Positions 25,108 through 39,568 of a stretch of 64,000 bases of DNA are shown in pieces. Numbering within the stretch: the stretch's first letter is position 1; the number at the start of each line of letters is the position of its first letter. A program made the translations under genes and the position numbers. This DNA is from Hormiphora californensis (lineage: Eukaryota > Animalia > Ctenophora): the NCBI GenBank assembly GCA_020137815.1, contig CM035351.1, positions 248,001-312,000 of the forward strand. The letters run 5' to 3'. The notes below the pieces were generated by a model. It saw only the letters and a list, made by a program, of their open reading frames with translations, was not told the DNA's origin and did not search any database.

Positions 25108-28100
25108 TTACCGTTTTGATTTTAGTCCACTAGGGGGGGGGGTACTAAATAATTACCGTTTGATTTTAGTCCACTAGGGGGGGGGGGTACTAAAATATTA
25201 CCGTTTGATTTTAGTCCACTAGGGGGGGGGGGGTACTAAATAAGTTACCGTTTTGATTTTAGTCCACTAGGGGGGGGGGGGTACTAAATAATTACCGTTT
25301 TGATTTTAGTCCACTAGGGGGGGGGGGGTACTAAATAATTACCGTTTTGATTTTAGTCCACTAGGGGGGGGTACTAAATAGTTACCGTTTTGATTTTAGT
25401 CCACTAGGGGGGGGGGGTACTAAATAATTACCGTTTTGATGTTAGTCCACTAGGGGGGGGGGGTACTAAATAATTACCGTTTTGATTTTAGTCCACTAGG
25501 GGGGGGGGGTACTAAATAATTACCGTTTTGATTTTAGTCCACTAGGGGGGGGGGGGGTACTAAATAGTTACCGTTTTGATTTTAGTCCACTAGGGGGGGG
25601 GGGGTACTAAACATTTACCGTTTTGATTTTAGTCCACTAGGGGGGGGGGGGTACTAATTAATTACCGTTTTGATTTTAGTCCACTAGGGGGGGGGGGGTA
25701 CTAAATAGTTACCGTTTTGGGGGGGGGGGTACTAAATAGTTACCGTTTTGATTTTAGTCCACTAGGGGGGGGGGGGTACTAAATAATTACCGTTTTGATT
25801 TTAGTCCACTAGGGGGGGGGGGGGTACTAAATAATTACCGTTTTTATTTTAGTCCACTAGGGGGGGGGGGGTACTAAATAGTTACCGTTTTGATTTTAGT
25901 CCACTAGGGGGGGGGGGTACTAAATAATTACCGTTTTGATTTTAGTCCACTAGGGGGGGGGGGTACTAAATAGTTACCGTTTTGATTTTAGTCCACTAGG
26001 GGGGGGGGGGTACTAAATAATTACCGTTTTGATTTTAGTCCACTAGGGGGGGTACTAAATAATTACCGTTTTGATTTTAGTCCACTAGGGGGGGGGTACT
26101 AAATAATTACCGTTTTGATTTTAGTCCACTAGGGGGGGGGGGGTACTAAATAATTACCGTTTGGGGGGGGGGTACTAAATAATTACCGTTTTGATTTTAG
26201 TCCACTAGGGGGGGGAGGTACTAAATAATTACCGTTTTGATTTTAGTCCACTAGGGGGGGGGGGGGGTACTAAATAGTTACCGTTTTGATTTTAGTCCAC
26301 TAGGGGGGGGGGGGGTACTAAATAGTTACCGTTTTGATTTTAGTCCACTAAGGGGGGGGGGTACTAAATAGTTACCGTTTTGGGGGGGGGGGGGGGGGGG
26401 GGTACTAAATAATTACCGTTTTGATTTTAGTCCACTAGGGGGGGGGGGGGGGGTACTAAATAATTACCGTTTTGATTTTAGTCCACTAAGGGGGGGGGGG
26501 GTACTAAATAATTACCGTTTTGATTTTAGTCCACTAGGGGGGGGGGGTACTAAATAATTACCGTTTTGATTTTAGTCCACTAGGGGGGGGGGGGTACTAA
26601 ACATTTACCGTTTTGATTTTAGTCCACTAGGGGGGGGGGGGTACTAAATAATTACCGTTTTGATTTTAGTCCACTAAGGGGGGGGGGGGGTACTAAATAA
26701 TTACCGTTTTGATTTTAGTCCACTAGGGGGGGGGGGGTACTAAACATTTACCGTTTTGATTTTAGTCCACTAGGGGGGGGGGGGGTACTAAATAGTTACC
26801 GTTTTGATTTTAGTCCACTAGGGGGGGGGGGTACTAAATAATTACCGTTTTGATTTTAGTCCACTAGGGGGGGGGGTACTAAATAATTACCGTTTTGATT
26901 TTAGTCCACTAGGGGGGGGGGTACTAAATAATTACCGTTTTGATTTTAGTCCACTAGGGGGGGGGGGGTACTAAATAGTTACCGTTTTGATTTTAGTCCA
27001 CTAGGGGGGGGGTACTAAATAATTACCGTTTTGATTTTAGTCCACTAGGGGGGGGGGGGGTACTAAATAATTACCGTTTTGATTTTAGTCCACTAGGGGG
27101 GGGGGTACTAAATAATTACCGTTTTGATTTTAGTCCACTAGGGGGGGGGGGTACTAAATAGTTACCGTTTTGATTTTAGTCCACTAGGGGGGGGGGGGGT
27201 ACTAAATAATTACCGTTTTGGGGGGGGGGGGGTACTAAATAATTACCGTTTTGATTTTAGTCCACTAGGGGGGGGGGGTACTAAATAATTACCGTTTTGA
27301 TTTTAGTCCACTCGTGGAGGTCTGCCTCTCCACAGATGCCCAACATCAACATTACTACTTGGATCACAGTAGCAATAATGGGAGGAGGTTCATTGTAACT
27401 CTTTATCTCAGACAGGGCACTAGGATGAGGTTATTATATGTTAGAGAGGGCACTGATATGAGGTTATAGATTGTCAAAAGAAGTTGGGAGAGATATGGGT
27501 AGGTGAAAGTAATAGTACTATGATATATCTGTGATGAGAGTTGGATCCGGTTGGATCATGCAGCCCCTTCTCAGTTCTTACTTGACATCCATTGATCTTC
27601 TTCTTGAGGGAGGGGCAGGGTGGGGTATAACAAGGGAGGGGGTTATAACAGGGGTCGGGGAGAGGGGGTTGTAGCCCCGTTCTAACTAACTTGACATCCA
27701 TTGATGACATCCATCTTGAGGGAGGGGGGGCGGGGTGGGGTATAACAAGGGAGGGGGTTACAGGGAGAGGGGAGAGGGGGTTGTAGCCCCGTTCTAAACT
27801 AACTTGACATCCATTGATGACATCTTCTTGAGGGAGGGGGCGGGGCGGGGTATAACAAGGGAGGGGGTTACAGGGGTCGGGGAGAGGGGGTTGTAGCCCC
27901 GTTCTAACTTACTTGACATCCATTGATCTTCTTCTTGAGGGGGTGGGGTGGGGTGGGGTATAACAAGGGAGGGGGTTATAACAGGGGTCGGGGAGAGGGG
28001 GGTTGTAGCCCCGTTCTAACTAACTTGACATCCATTGATGACATCTTCTTGAGGGAGGGGGCGGGGCGGGGTATAACAAGGGAGGGGGTTACAGGGGTCG

Positions 28101-30802
28101 GGGAGAGGGGGTTGTAGCCCCGTTCTAACTAACTTGACATCCATTGATGACATCTTCTTGAGGGAGGGGGCGGGGCGGGGTATAACAAGGGAGGGGGTTA
28201 CAGGGGTCGGGGAGAGGGGGGTTGTAGCCCCGTTCTAACTAACTTGACATCCATTGATGACATCTTCTTCTTGAGGGAGGGGGTGGGGTGGGGTATAACA
28301 AGGGAGGGGGTTACAGGGGGAGAGGGGGTTGTAGCCCCGTTCTAACTTACTTGACATCCATTGATCTTCTTCTTGAGGGAGGGGGGCGGGGTGGGGTATA
28401 ACAAGGGAGGGGGTTACAGGGGGCGGGTTGGGGTATAACAACAACAAGGGAGGGGGGTTACAGGGGTCGGGGAGAGGGGGTTGTAGCCCCGTTCTAACTT
28501 ACTTGACATCCATTGATGACATCTTCTTGAGGGAGGGGGGGTGGGGTGGGGTATAACAAGGGAGGGGGGTTACAGGGGTCGGGGAGAGGGGGTTGTAGTC
28601 CCGTTCTAACTAACTTGACATCCATTGATGACATCTTCTTGAGGGAGGGGGGCGGGGTGGGGCGGGGTATAACAAGGGAGGGGGTAACAGGGGTCGGGGA
28701 GAGGGGGTTGTAGCCCTAACTTACTTGACATCCATTGATGACATCTTCTTCTTCAGATCCTCCAGAACGCGTTTCTCAAATCTCAGTGCAAACCTCAAGT
28801 CATCAGGAAGCGGCTCTTCCCAATCTATTGGAAATAATGAATTAGGTGATAATTATCACCTTTAATTAGCGATTACAAATTATATAAGTTGTATGGTCTA
28901 ATAAAATTACCATTTTCGTATTTCTTCTCGTCTGTAGTGTACTCATCAAGTAGTTCGTAGAACACAGCAGTCAGCTTGTTATACAGGCTCTTGATAGATC
29001 GCACCTGCAATACAACAACCAATACAATCCCAATAAAATGTGACTGCAGAAGCAATAAAATGTTTAGCTGGAGCTGACTAGTTTTGTTGAAAACACGAAG
29101 ATGGGACTGTGTAAGTAAATAGTGTCTTTCAACAACCATGGCCCCCTCTCAGGGGCTGAAGGTACTACTGACCTGTACTGGTTTCAGGATGTTTGCCTTG
29201 TCCTTCCCAGTATCCAGGTCCATAACAAATAGTGGAAGTGACTCCTTGCCTACGATACAAGATGCAAAGTGATCAGTTCCATAGGCTCTATTTTGAATAT
29301 CTTCCTTCTTCTCCAGACAGTCGAACAGATAGTCTCTACAGTGGGGAGGGGTGTTAATAATAATGTACTGTGGGGCAACTATATCTGTTGCATTGCTCAA
29401 CCCTATCACAGGGTTTGAACAAAACAAGCTATTGTTGGCTAAAAGTGGGCTAAAAGAAATCATGCTCAAAAGGGCTGGTCTAGTCTTCTACAGTATGTAC
29501 TCTGATAAATGCTTGAAAATTCCTGCTCCCGATTTTACTACAGAACTAAATTTTTGATTGGTGTGAAATATTTGCAAGGCCAGATCTAAAGTTTTAGAAA
29601 AGAGTTATTGAGAGATAGAAAAGTGTTAGAAAAGAAAAGTATTAGTTGCCATGCGACGACTTACGACTTCTTATTATCCTCCTCGGGACTGATGTCGATT
29701 GGTTAAATTAAAATTCATTATTAACTCATGTTAGCTTATTATATCTTGTATTATATATGCAATTATAAACACATGTTCCATGGGTTATACACAAAAGATG
29801 CAGCTATGATCGCTATAGGGTTCCATGCAAGAAGGGGTATGTGTAGATTTAAAGATATATTTCATGCTCTGTGTGCGACAGGAACCGACCGAAACAAGAA
29901 ACACTGGTCCCTGATTGGCTGATAACCAGTCACGTGACCTAAATAACGAGTTCTGATTGGTCGGTTCCTGCTATGTGCGACAGCTATAATATTACCTTTT
30001 ACCGCTCATGTTAGAGTGCTCCAGAGTGCTACTTTCACTGTACCTAAAACTGCTATCACTTCTCCTGATGATGGCCCGCTGGCTCCCTGCCAGGGAATCC
30101 ACACACGCTGTTTTGGGGTTCAGGATGAGAATGGGACGGAGGACCCACTCATCAACTGCTTCCGGCTCCTGGGGACCTGATGGAACCTGGGACACAGACA
30201 ATGTTAGATTGACAGAACCTGACGTACACAGACAATGTTAGATTGATGGAACCTGACGTACACAGACAATGTTAGATTGACAGAACCTGACGTACACAGA
30301 CAATGTTAGATTGACAGAACCTGACGTACACAGACAATGTTAGATTGATGGAACATGATACAAACTGAGATTGTTTAAAGTTTCAGCTAGAGGTGCTAAT
30401 AACTAAACTGAAGTAAACAAACTGACAGACCCGTGACAACTTTGAAACAACAACCACTCACATGGGGTATGGGTTCAACAACGTAACAAGTGCATGTCAC
30501 CACACCCGCCTCCTTCCTGGGAATGGTCTCCATCAGTGAGATCAGGGTCCTTTGGAACTTGTGTCTGGCATCAATAAAGGAGAAACCAGAGGAGAGCTGT
30601 TTGACAATGTTCTGAAGGAGGAGGGGATGATAGCAAATCTTACGCAGCCTGGGAGCTTTGAAATTGTGCACTAAAAATTGTAGAATTGCAGAATACAATA
30701 CACAAAAGCTGCATGCAACGGTAATGTATACTGCAGCAGCAGTAATTGCTATCTGCAGAGGAAGTCTAGAGATGATGTGAAAGTATACATTCTGAATCTA
30801 TC

Positions 30803-30833
<31 letters not shown>

Positions 30834-33800
30834 CTCACTCGAATACACACACACTGACCACTGGCGGGGGTGAGTCTGCCATAGGACAGGTAAGTTCCTT
30901 GAACTCAGGATGCTATAATAGTGCACCTAAGGAGTCAAGGGAACCGGAGAAGTTACTACTTTGGGACCCTCAAGGACGAATGAGTACATCATGGATACAA
31001 GGACTGGAGTCTGGAAACTAATCTCTCTTATTACCTGTTAAGGAAAGACACCTCTCTCTCTCTCCCTCTTCTATTACCTGTAGGAAGGACACTTCGTGGG
31101 GCAGGAACTGTGTTGGAGTGGGACTGAGTAGGGTGTCAACTCCCACAACTCCAACCACCTTGCCGGTATCACTTTTTAGTGGTAAAACCAGGAACGCACC
31201 ATCCCGATCCTCATCTACTGCCCATCTGGGTGAAATAGTGTGGGGTATTAGGGTACTGAGGCAAGGGTGGGGTATTGGGGGGCATCTGAGGGAAATAGTG
31301 TGGGGTATTAGGGTACTGAGGCAAGGGTGGGGTATTGGGGGGCATCTGAGGGAAGTAGTGTGGGGTGTTAGGGTACTGAGGCAAGGGTGGGGTATTGGGG
31401 GGCATCTGAGGGAAGTAGTGTGGGGTATTAGGGTACTGAGGCAAGGGTGGGGTATTGGGGGGCATCTGAGGGAAGTAGTGTGGGGTATTAGGGTACTGAG
31501 GCAAGGGTGGGGTATTGGGGGGCATCTGAGGGAAGTAGTGTGGGGTATTAGGGTACTGAGGCAAGGGTGGGGTATTGGGGGGCATCTGAGGGAAGTAGTG
31601 TGGGGTGTTAGGGTACTGAGGCAAGGGTGGGGTATTGGGGGGCATCTGAGGGAAGTAGTGTGGGGTATTAGGGTACTGAGGCAAGGGTGGGGTATTGGGG
31701 GGCATCTGAGGGAAGTAGTATGGGGTATTAGGGTACTGCCCATCTGAGGGAAGTAGTATGGGGTATTAGGGTACTGCCCACCTGAGGGAAGTAGTGTGGG
31801 GTATTAGGGTACTGCCCACCTGAGGGAAGTAGTATGGGGTATTAGGGTACTGAGGCAAGGGTGGGGTATTGGGGGGCATCTGGGGGAAGTAGTATGGGGT
31901 GTTAGGGTACTGAGGCAAGGGTGGGGTATTGGGGGGCATCTGAGGGAAGTAGTGTGGGGTATTAGGGTACTGAGGCAAGGGTGGGGTATTGGGGGGTATC
32001 TGAGGGAAATAGTATGGGGTATTAGGGTACTGCCCATCTGAGGGAAGTAGTATGGGGTATTAGGGTACTGCCCACCTGAGGGAAGTAGTGTGGGGTATTA
32101 GGGTACTGCCCACCTGAGGGAAGTAGTATGGGGTATTAGGGTACTGAGGCAAGGGTGGGGTATTGGGGGGCATCTGAGGGAAATAGTGTGGGGTATTAGG
32201 GTACTGAGGCAAGGGTGGGGTATTGGGGGGCATCTGAGGGAAATAGTGTGGGGTATTAGGGTACTGAGGCAAGGGTGGGGTATTGGGGGGCATCTGAGGG
32301 AATTAGTGGGGGGTATTTGCTATTAGATCTGACTTCTGAGGGACAGCTATTTAGCAGTTCTTCCGTATGTGTAATCCTTATTGTACCTGTATTACTGTCC
32401 GTGTATTTGTTTGTCTGTCCGTTAGTTTACCTGTCCATTGACCACAAGTGTACTTGATTGTTGTTGCGGATCTGGTTAATATACACTGCCTTACCCGTCC
32501 TTCCTTACTTGGTTACTATGGGATTAAATGGGTTATCATAAAGTATACATAACTGAGGCGGAGATAGGGAGGCTACCCCTCTCCTACCTAGTCTTTTCAT
32601 GAAGTGAGATTAGTTACATGAGGTTGTATAATACCTGATACATTTCTGGTTGGCGTACAGGGTCCGACCCATGACAATGCTCTGATCGTTAGCGGTAGAG
32701 GCTACATAACGGAGGAGGGTCTTGTCCTCGTCCTCCTCCTCTGCATCAGGATCCTTCTCAACCAGGGCTATGTAGGCATTGATCAGCCTCCCTGCACCGT
32801 GATGTGCAAAGTCCTGCAGGGGCGGTAGTGGTTACCATGGTTACCGTGGTGGGGAGGGTTACCATGGTTACCGCGGGGGAGTTAGTGGTTACCATGGTTA
32901 CCGTGGGGGGAGGTAATGGTTACCATGGTTACCGTGGGGGAGGTAGTGGTTACCATGGTTACCGTGGGGGAAGTAGTGGCTATCATGGTTACCGTGGGGG
33001 AGGAGGTATAATACTGGTTACAGGTTACCATGGAAACATAACTTCATTTGTGTGAAAACTTTAGTAACCATGTCAACCACAATTGATAAAGTGTTGTGTG
33101 TACCTTTTCAAGGATATCAAAGAAAGATCGGAAGTAGAGAGTGTGGTCAGAGCCGGATATCTTGGGCAGAAGTGTCATTACCTCCAGCCACCTCCTCCTC
33201 TTTCTCTCTCGTCGGAGATCACCTTGTTGCGTCTAAAAGTGAGTCCAGTGAATTAGGGTACAAGAGATAGTATTATTAGGGCATTACGTTAGGGCACAAG
33301 AGGGGGAATTGGGAGAGAACTGAGATGGTCGTGGTGAGAGATGACATACCTTCACTACAAGTTGCACAAAGTTGAGTAGACGATCCATGAAATCATCACT
33401 GTCTAGCAGCTTGTGGAAAGAAAGACATAGAGTCTTGAAATGGTCCCTTAGAATGTCTTTCGTGTCTGTCTTTTCCACTGCTTCACAAATCTGTTTCGCT
33501 GCAAAAGTTCATTGTATACAACTACTCGAATCTGAGACCTCAGCAGAATGCAGAATGCATATGGTATTTTATTCTGATTAGTGAGTAATGGATAACCTAC
33601 ACATTTCAATGTTATAAGACTTGGTAGAGGTTTTCTGCCACTGTGAGAGCACGGCCAGCATCTCAGTTTTGTCGATAAACCCGAGTTTATCAGTGTCCCA
33701 CTCATCAAACAGATCGTTAATCCTGGAGAGAGAGAGATTTGTTATTGATTGCTGTCGTACAAAGTCGTCACTACATTCCATTAGCAAATCTTAGCTTACA

Positions 33801-36800
33801 TCTGGTTCACTTGAAAGTTGGTATCCATCCTTACTTGATGAGCATAGAGTGTCGTTTAGCGGCAAGTTTCTCATCCAGTTGGCGGATTTGGCGCTGTTGC
33901 GGAGTTTCCTGGAAACTGTCTTCCAAGAATTCTGAGAGGGCCGTCAACGCCCGCCTGATAAGGGGGTGATTGGAAAATAGTTGCCCCTGCAACAACACTG
34001 GAATCATCAAATACATGCTAGTTGGCATGGCTCAGAGTGGTCGGGGTTTGAGGGGGGGGGGGTGTGTTTGGTGGGGGAGGGATGTTTGAGGGGGGGGGGG
34101 GTGGTCTGGGACAACTCACGGGTGAGGATCCTCTCCAAGAAGCTTCTCCGTGACAAATAGGAACTGATCAATGCTCAGTCGCGGGTCAATTTCCACTGGT
34201 CGTGCTTGGGACATGGGAGAGGGGTGAACCGCACCAATTAGTTCGATATCGTGCTTCAACTGTTCATCTGCATCCCCGTCTACAGGAGGAGAGAGATAAG
34301 GAGGGATTGGGAGATAGGAAGACGGGGATTGGGAAAAGGGAGATGCTGATTAATTGGCGAGAATAATCATTATAGTGGTGAGAGAGGGCCGGGCTGTTTA
34401 CCGAAATCAAATGGAGATTCGCTGTGTTGTGAGTGATAATCAGTTTGATCGTCTTGTTCAGTGGCTTGATCTTTAGGGGGTGATTTCCCACCGTCCACAG
34501 GTGATTCACCCACTTTCTCAGGTGATTTACCCCCGTCCTCAGGTGATTCACCCCGTTTCTCAGGTGATTTACCCCCTTTCTCAGGTGATTCACCCCCTTT
34601 CTCAACTCCTTTCTCAGATGGCGGTTGTGAATCTACAGCTGGTTGTGAAGCATCAATTTCTGATGGTGTGATATCTCGTGGAGGAGGTGGCTCTTCAGTA
34701 GTTGGTGACGTTTCAGGTGTAGGAGATTCTAATGGCTGTACTACTGCTGCAGGTGATGACGGGTTTTCTTCCTCCTTCTTACCTATAGTTAATCCGTCCT
34801 CTTCCTCTTCTTCAGCAGGTTTCTAAAAAGATATGATAAGTTTAATAGCATACTGAATAGAGGAGGTGCTCTCCGAGCCAACTTCCATCCAGTTCGGCCC
34901 GGGTGGATGCCAGTGGTTACCATGCGTGCGCGCGCGACGACAACCGACCGCGCGAACAACCACTCCTCTGAACCTATTTGGTGGTCTCGCGCCCTCCTGC
35001 AAGTTTACCTCAGATGGGTTCGGTTCGGGGCTGGGAAGGGTGATAGGAATGGACTGGGAAGTTGTACACTGAATTGAGGTTGGCGTTGGGGAATACACCG
35101 TGTCCTTATCTGACCCTAGGAGAGATTTGTGTCAACGAACCCGATATGAGAAAGTTCAAAATACCCAAAACATGGCCCACTTTTGACACGTCACAACAAG
35201 CTGCTGGAGGACACAGGATGGTAGTTTAACTTCTAAACTCACAATCGAGTGGGTTGTTGATGTATTTCTTCATATTGACAGGCATAGCTCCATAGAAATC
35301 CTTGATAAGTGTAAGGATGTGACCTCTATCAAGTGTCTCCGAGTGATCCTTGTCAATTGCCCGGAACAGACTCTTCAGGGACGACCTGTCAGAGAAAGAA
35401 ATGTAATTATGATGTTGATTAAAGACGTGATGTTGTATCTGACACAGCACTGAGCAGTGATAGCTACTACTACTAGAGAGCTGATGAGTGATGGTGTGTG
35501 TGTGTAATTTCATGTCAATTTCCACTCACTGTATTCTCTGTCTCTGATCTCCGATCGGTACCGCCTTTGCGCACTGTTCAGTGTGACTGATGAACGCTTG
35601 GAACGCCCCAATTGGCCAGCCCTCAATATGATCCATAATGAACGTTATGTAGCCGCTCACACCCACACTCTCCTTCAGGTCATCGTGGGACAGGGACCTC
35701 ACGTACTTGCAAACTGAGGGAGGGAGGGGATTAGTGTGGGACAGGGACCTCACGTACTTGCAAACTGAGGGAGGGAGGGAGGGAGGGTCAGGACATTCAA
35801 GATAACACTAGTAATATATGTTACATTTTCTGGGTTGGGGTCAATGTAATATGTTACATTTTCTGGGTTGGGGTCAATGTAATATGTTACATTTTCTGGG
35901 TTGGGGTCAATGTAATATGTTACATTTTCTGGGTTGGGGTCAATGTAATATGTTACATTTTCTAGGTTGGGGTCAATGTAATATGTTACATTTTCTGGGT
36001 TGGGGTCAATGTAATATGTTACATTTTCTGGGTTGGGGTCAATGTAATATGTTACATTTTCTGGGTTGGGGTCAATGTAATATGTTACATTTTCTGGGTT
36101 GGGGTCAATGTAATATGTTACATTTTCTGGGTTGGGGTCAATGTAATATGTTACATTTTCTGGGTTGGGGTCAATGTAATATGTTACATTTTCTGGGTTG
36201 GGGTCAATGTAATATGTTACATTTTCTGGGTTGGGGTCAATGTAATATGTTACATTTTCTGGGTTGGGGTCAATGTAATATGTTACATTTTCTGGGTTGG
36301 GGTCAATGTAATATGTTACATTTTCTGGGTTGGGGTCAATGTAATATGTTACATTTTCTGGGTTGGGGTCAATGTAATATGTTACATTTTCTGGGTTGGG
36401 GTCAATGTAATATGTTACATTTTCTGGGTTGGGGTCAATGTAATATGTTACATTTTCTGGGTTGGGGTCAATGTAATATGTTACATTTTCTGGGTTGGGG
36501 TCAATGTAATATGTTACATTTTCTGGGTTGGGGTCAATGTAATATGTTACATTTTCTGGGTTGGGGTCAATGTAATATGTTACATTTTCTGGGTTGGGGT
36601 CAATGTAATATGTTACATTTTCTGGGTTGGGGTCAATGTAATATGTTACATTGGGTTGGGGTCTCTATATTGAGTAGATAGTGGGGGGATAGTGGGGTGC
36701 ACATGTGAGTAACATTAGGAGATGGAAAACACACACAACACATAGGGCAATGTCATGAATGTAGCAGGTTACCTTGCAGCACATTAGTCATCTCTCTCTT

Positions 36801-38936
36801 GCTACAAGACATGGACCCATATCTAATGACTCTCTCTAAGTGAACCCTTTAAAAATTTTACCCGGGGGGCAAGAAAAGGGGGGAAAAAGAGAAAAAGGGG
36901 GGAAAAGGGGCAAAGGGAAAATGAAAAAAAACCCCTTTTTTTAAGGGAAGAAAGGTGGGGGACGGAAAACCCCCCCCCAAACCAGAAAAACCCAAAAATC
37001 CCAAAAAACCCCAAAAACCCTCCCAAGGGGGAAAACCCCACAAAAAAGGGCTCCCCCCCCCAAAAAAGGCTCCAAAAACCAACAAGGGGGGGAAAAAAAG
37101 GAAATTTTGAAAATCAAGGAAGCGAAGAGGGAAAAAGGGGAAGAGGGGAAAGGGAAGGGGGAAAAAGGGGGGGAAAAGGGGGGGAAAAAAACGAACAAAC
37201 CCAAAGGGGGGGGAAAAAAAAAACAGGGGGAAAAGGGGGGCCCCCCCCCCCCCCCCGGGGGGGGGGAAAGGGGGAAGGGGGGGGGGGGAGGGGGGAAACC
37301 CCGGGGGGGGGGCCGGGGTTAAAAAAAGGGGGGGTTTAAAAAAAAAATTAGGGGATATGGAAAATTGGGGACCAAAGAAAAAAAAGGGGGAAAATTTTAA
37401 AATTTTTTTTACCTTCCCAAAAAAGGAAAAACCCCCAATTTCAAAAAAAACCCCCAAAAAATTTTAAAAAGGAAATTTTTAAATTTCCCCCCTTTTTTTC
37501 CCCCCCCCCCCCCCCCCCCCCTTTTTTTCCCCCCCCTTTTTTCCCCCCCTTTTTTTTTCCCCGAACCCAAACTTTGGATTTTTTCAGGGCCCCCTACCCC
37601 GTGAAAAAGGGGAAGAAAAAAAAGGTTTATTTCTTCCCCGGGGGAAAAAAGTAGAGAAGAAGCATGTGTTAGTTCATTGCCCGCTGAATCTGTAAAGGAG
37701 CATGTGTTAGTTCATTGCCCGCTGAATCTGGAGAGATGAAGGAGCATGTGTTAGTTCAAATAAATTACACGCCACTCCATCTGGTGGAGTGGTGGGTCCT
37801 CATTTGTCAATTCACAATTAACCAGAACACAAACAGAACATCAAAAAGTAGTTACAGAGAGAAGAACTAAACAACATCGAACCTTAAAGAGGGGAATCAG
37901 CTCGTCCCCAAATGCCCAGCTATCGAATGTTTCTGTCAGTGTTGCCATTCTTCTATCTCGTCTCCTCAGGGGTCAGGGCATCTTTGGCCTGTCGGGCATA
38001 TCGCCTCTTTCTCGCTTCAGAGGTTATCTTCGCGGACTCGCTCAATCTTAACTGGGCTACCATCTTCCTCAAATCATCTTTCACCTGTAAACATAGGATC
38101 ATTCGCCTACTGCAATGTACGGGGTTGAATCATGAGAGATACACCAATACGGGTACAAAGCAACACACTATGTACCTTTACCTTACTCGGCCCTATCTAA
38201 ACTAGGGGTTGCGACAACCCTCCCAACCTCCCACCCAAAAGTGTGTTACCTCATTGAGCCCCTTCATGTAGGATGTTTTCCCGATATGATGGCTGTATCG
38301 TGGATTGTTCCTCATCAAGTGTTGAGCCAGGTAGTTTAGTGAGTTGAACTTCTCCTTGTTACTACTCCTGTCAATCTGAGAACACGTCAGTTGGTAACTA
38401 AAACAGTTAATTAATTGTTAACTTAAGTGTCTAATTATTAATAATCAAACCTCGACAAGAAGTGATTCCAAGCCAAGTATAACAGAGGGCAGACAGTTTT
38501 CTATCAGATACACTCTCAGTTCGTCTGTAGCCCCTTTGTTGTACAACCAATCCTTGGTCAGCTGATCAAGTGGAATCTTCTTATTCCGTTTAAACTCAAC
38601 AGCTTTACACAACAAACTGGCTTCCTTTTTGGCCCTGAATTAGCCAAGCAGAGAATTAGTGATCACAAAGCAAACAAGGCATGGGAGAGATTGTTACATT
38701 AACTAAGGAGAGAGCGAACTTTACCTTAGAACGAGGCATGGGAGAGATTGTTACATTAACTAAGGAGAGAGCGAACTTTACCTTAGATTTCTCCTGATCC
38801 GTTCGGCGATCACCTTCTCGTTTTGCACCCTCCAGCGGCGTAGAGCGATGGCATGGTTTGGAAGGATTTGAGAGGGTGACATGACGTGGAGAAGCTCAGC
38901 TCCAGCTCCCTCCCTTGGGAGTGAGGCGACAGACAT
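23171..38936 (-). CDS. EFCAB5: EF-hand calcium-binding domain protein 5-like, multi-exon (ends approximate)
   Basis: Exons encode ELRVYLIENCLPSVILGLESLL and FNSLNYLAQHLMRNNPRY (EFCAB5 N-terminus), EF-hand-like DKDHSETLDR and DTDKLGFIDK, GAF-like GKVVGVVGVDTL, and C-terminal ALSEIKSYNEPP; GT-AG boundaries. Confidence 0.75.
23578..27312. repeat. ~50-bp poly-G minisatellite containing an exon end and splice donor, ~70 units
   Basis: CCACTAG(G)nTACTAAATAATTACCGTTTTGATTTTAGT; degraded around 24600-25110. Confidence 0.95.
27575..28750. repeat. ~120-bp minisatellite containing an exon end and splice donor, ~10 units
   Basis: Each unit has ACTTGACATCCATTGATGACATCTTCTT (minus strand KKMSSMDVK followed by GT). 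Confidence 0.92.
29879..29970. mobile_element. Tiny MITE, CAGGAACCGACC...GGTCGGTTCCTG
   Basis: 12-bp TIR related to the hAT-like element at 61934; flanks CTGTGTGCGA / CTATGTGCGA. Confidence 0.65.
30185..30355. repeat. ~31-bp tandem repeat at an exon acceptor
   Basis: ACACAGACAATGTTAGATTGACAGAACCTGACGT repeated about 5 times. Confidence 0.85.
31218..32300. repeat. 60-bp G-rich minisatellite with shorter acceptor-containing variants
   Basis: GGAAGTAGTGTGGGGTATTAGGGTACTGAGGCAAGGGTGGGGTATTGGGGGGCATCTGAG units. Confidence 0.95.
32820..33040. repeat. ~27-bp repeat with GTTACCATGGTTAC core
   Basis: About 7 units seen directly. Confidence 0.85.
35812..36660. repeat. 33-bp minisatellite, ~25 units
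   Basis: GTAATATGTTACATTTTCTGGGTTGGGGTCAAT. Confidence 0.97.
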
Positions 38937-39420
38937 AATCCTGGCTACGCTAGGAAAATAACATGATATTGCATATAAAATTGAGCTTTAAAATAAGAAA
39001 AGGAGATTACAGAGAGAACTGTGAAGTTGTCCCACCATCAAAATATCTCAGCGATAATGGGTCTTTTGAGACCGGGGGAAAGAAAAATGCTCTGAGACCT
39101 GAGACCTCAACAGTCAACAGTCAACAATCTTCTCCGTTCTGTCCACTCTCACTTTAACAGTTAAATCTTGTCAAAACTAGAACAGTCGTGAGAAGAAGCT
39201 TTAGAATACAGATAGTGAATGGAAGGGGCCGAGCCAGTTCCGAAAGATGGTGACGGGAGAACCAGATATTTATTATTTACTGGAAAGTGTTTTTTCTGAA
39301 TTCACTAACCCCAACACCGATTGGCATCACTTTCCGACAGCCGAAGAGAAGCTGCCGAAGAGAGAAAGGGGGTAACCGTATGAAGAGTTAATCGCAATGA
39401 CTAATGAGTCTCATTCACAT

Positions 39421-39568
39421 GAGGCCCCTCGGAAATGTTCAAGTCATGCACAATCAAGTCACGCCCACCAATCACAGCTCAGAAAGCGTGGAGTGCTTCG
39501 CGCGTTCTGAGCTGTGATTGGTGGGCGTGACTTGATTGTGCATGACTTGAACATTTCCGAGGGGCCTC
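39421..39568. mobile_element. Palindromic MITE with AT TSD
   Basis: GAGGCCCCTCGGAAATG...CATTTCCGAGGGGCCTC; the empty site CATTCACATTGGGTTCGA is seen in the paralogous segment at ~46045. Confidence 0.85.

Noticed and set aside
24600-25110. Degenerate units and ~80-nt poly-G (poly-Gly ORF)
   Set aside because: Probably sequencing error within the G-rich array.
35818-36681. 287-aa repetitive ORF (likewise 31018-31747, 52563-53765, 56615-57631)
   Set aside because: In-frame artefacts of intronic tandem repeats.
36850-37650. Homopolymer-rich stretch with F/G/P/K-rich ORFs
   Set aside because: Looks like low-quality consensus sequence; it may hide a real EFCAB5-like exon.
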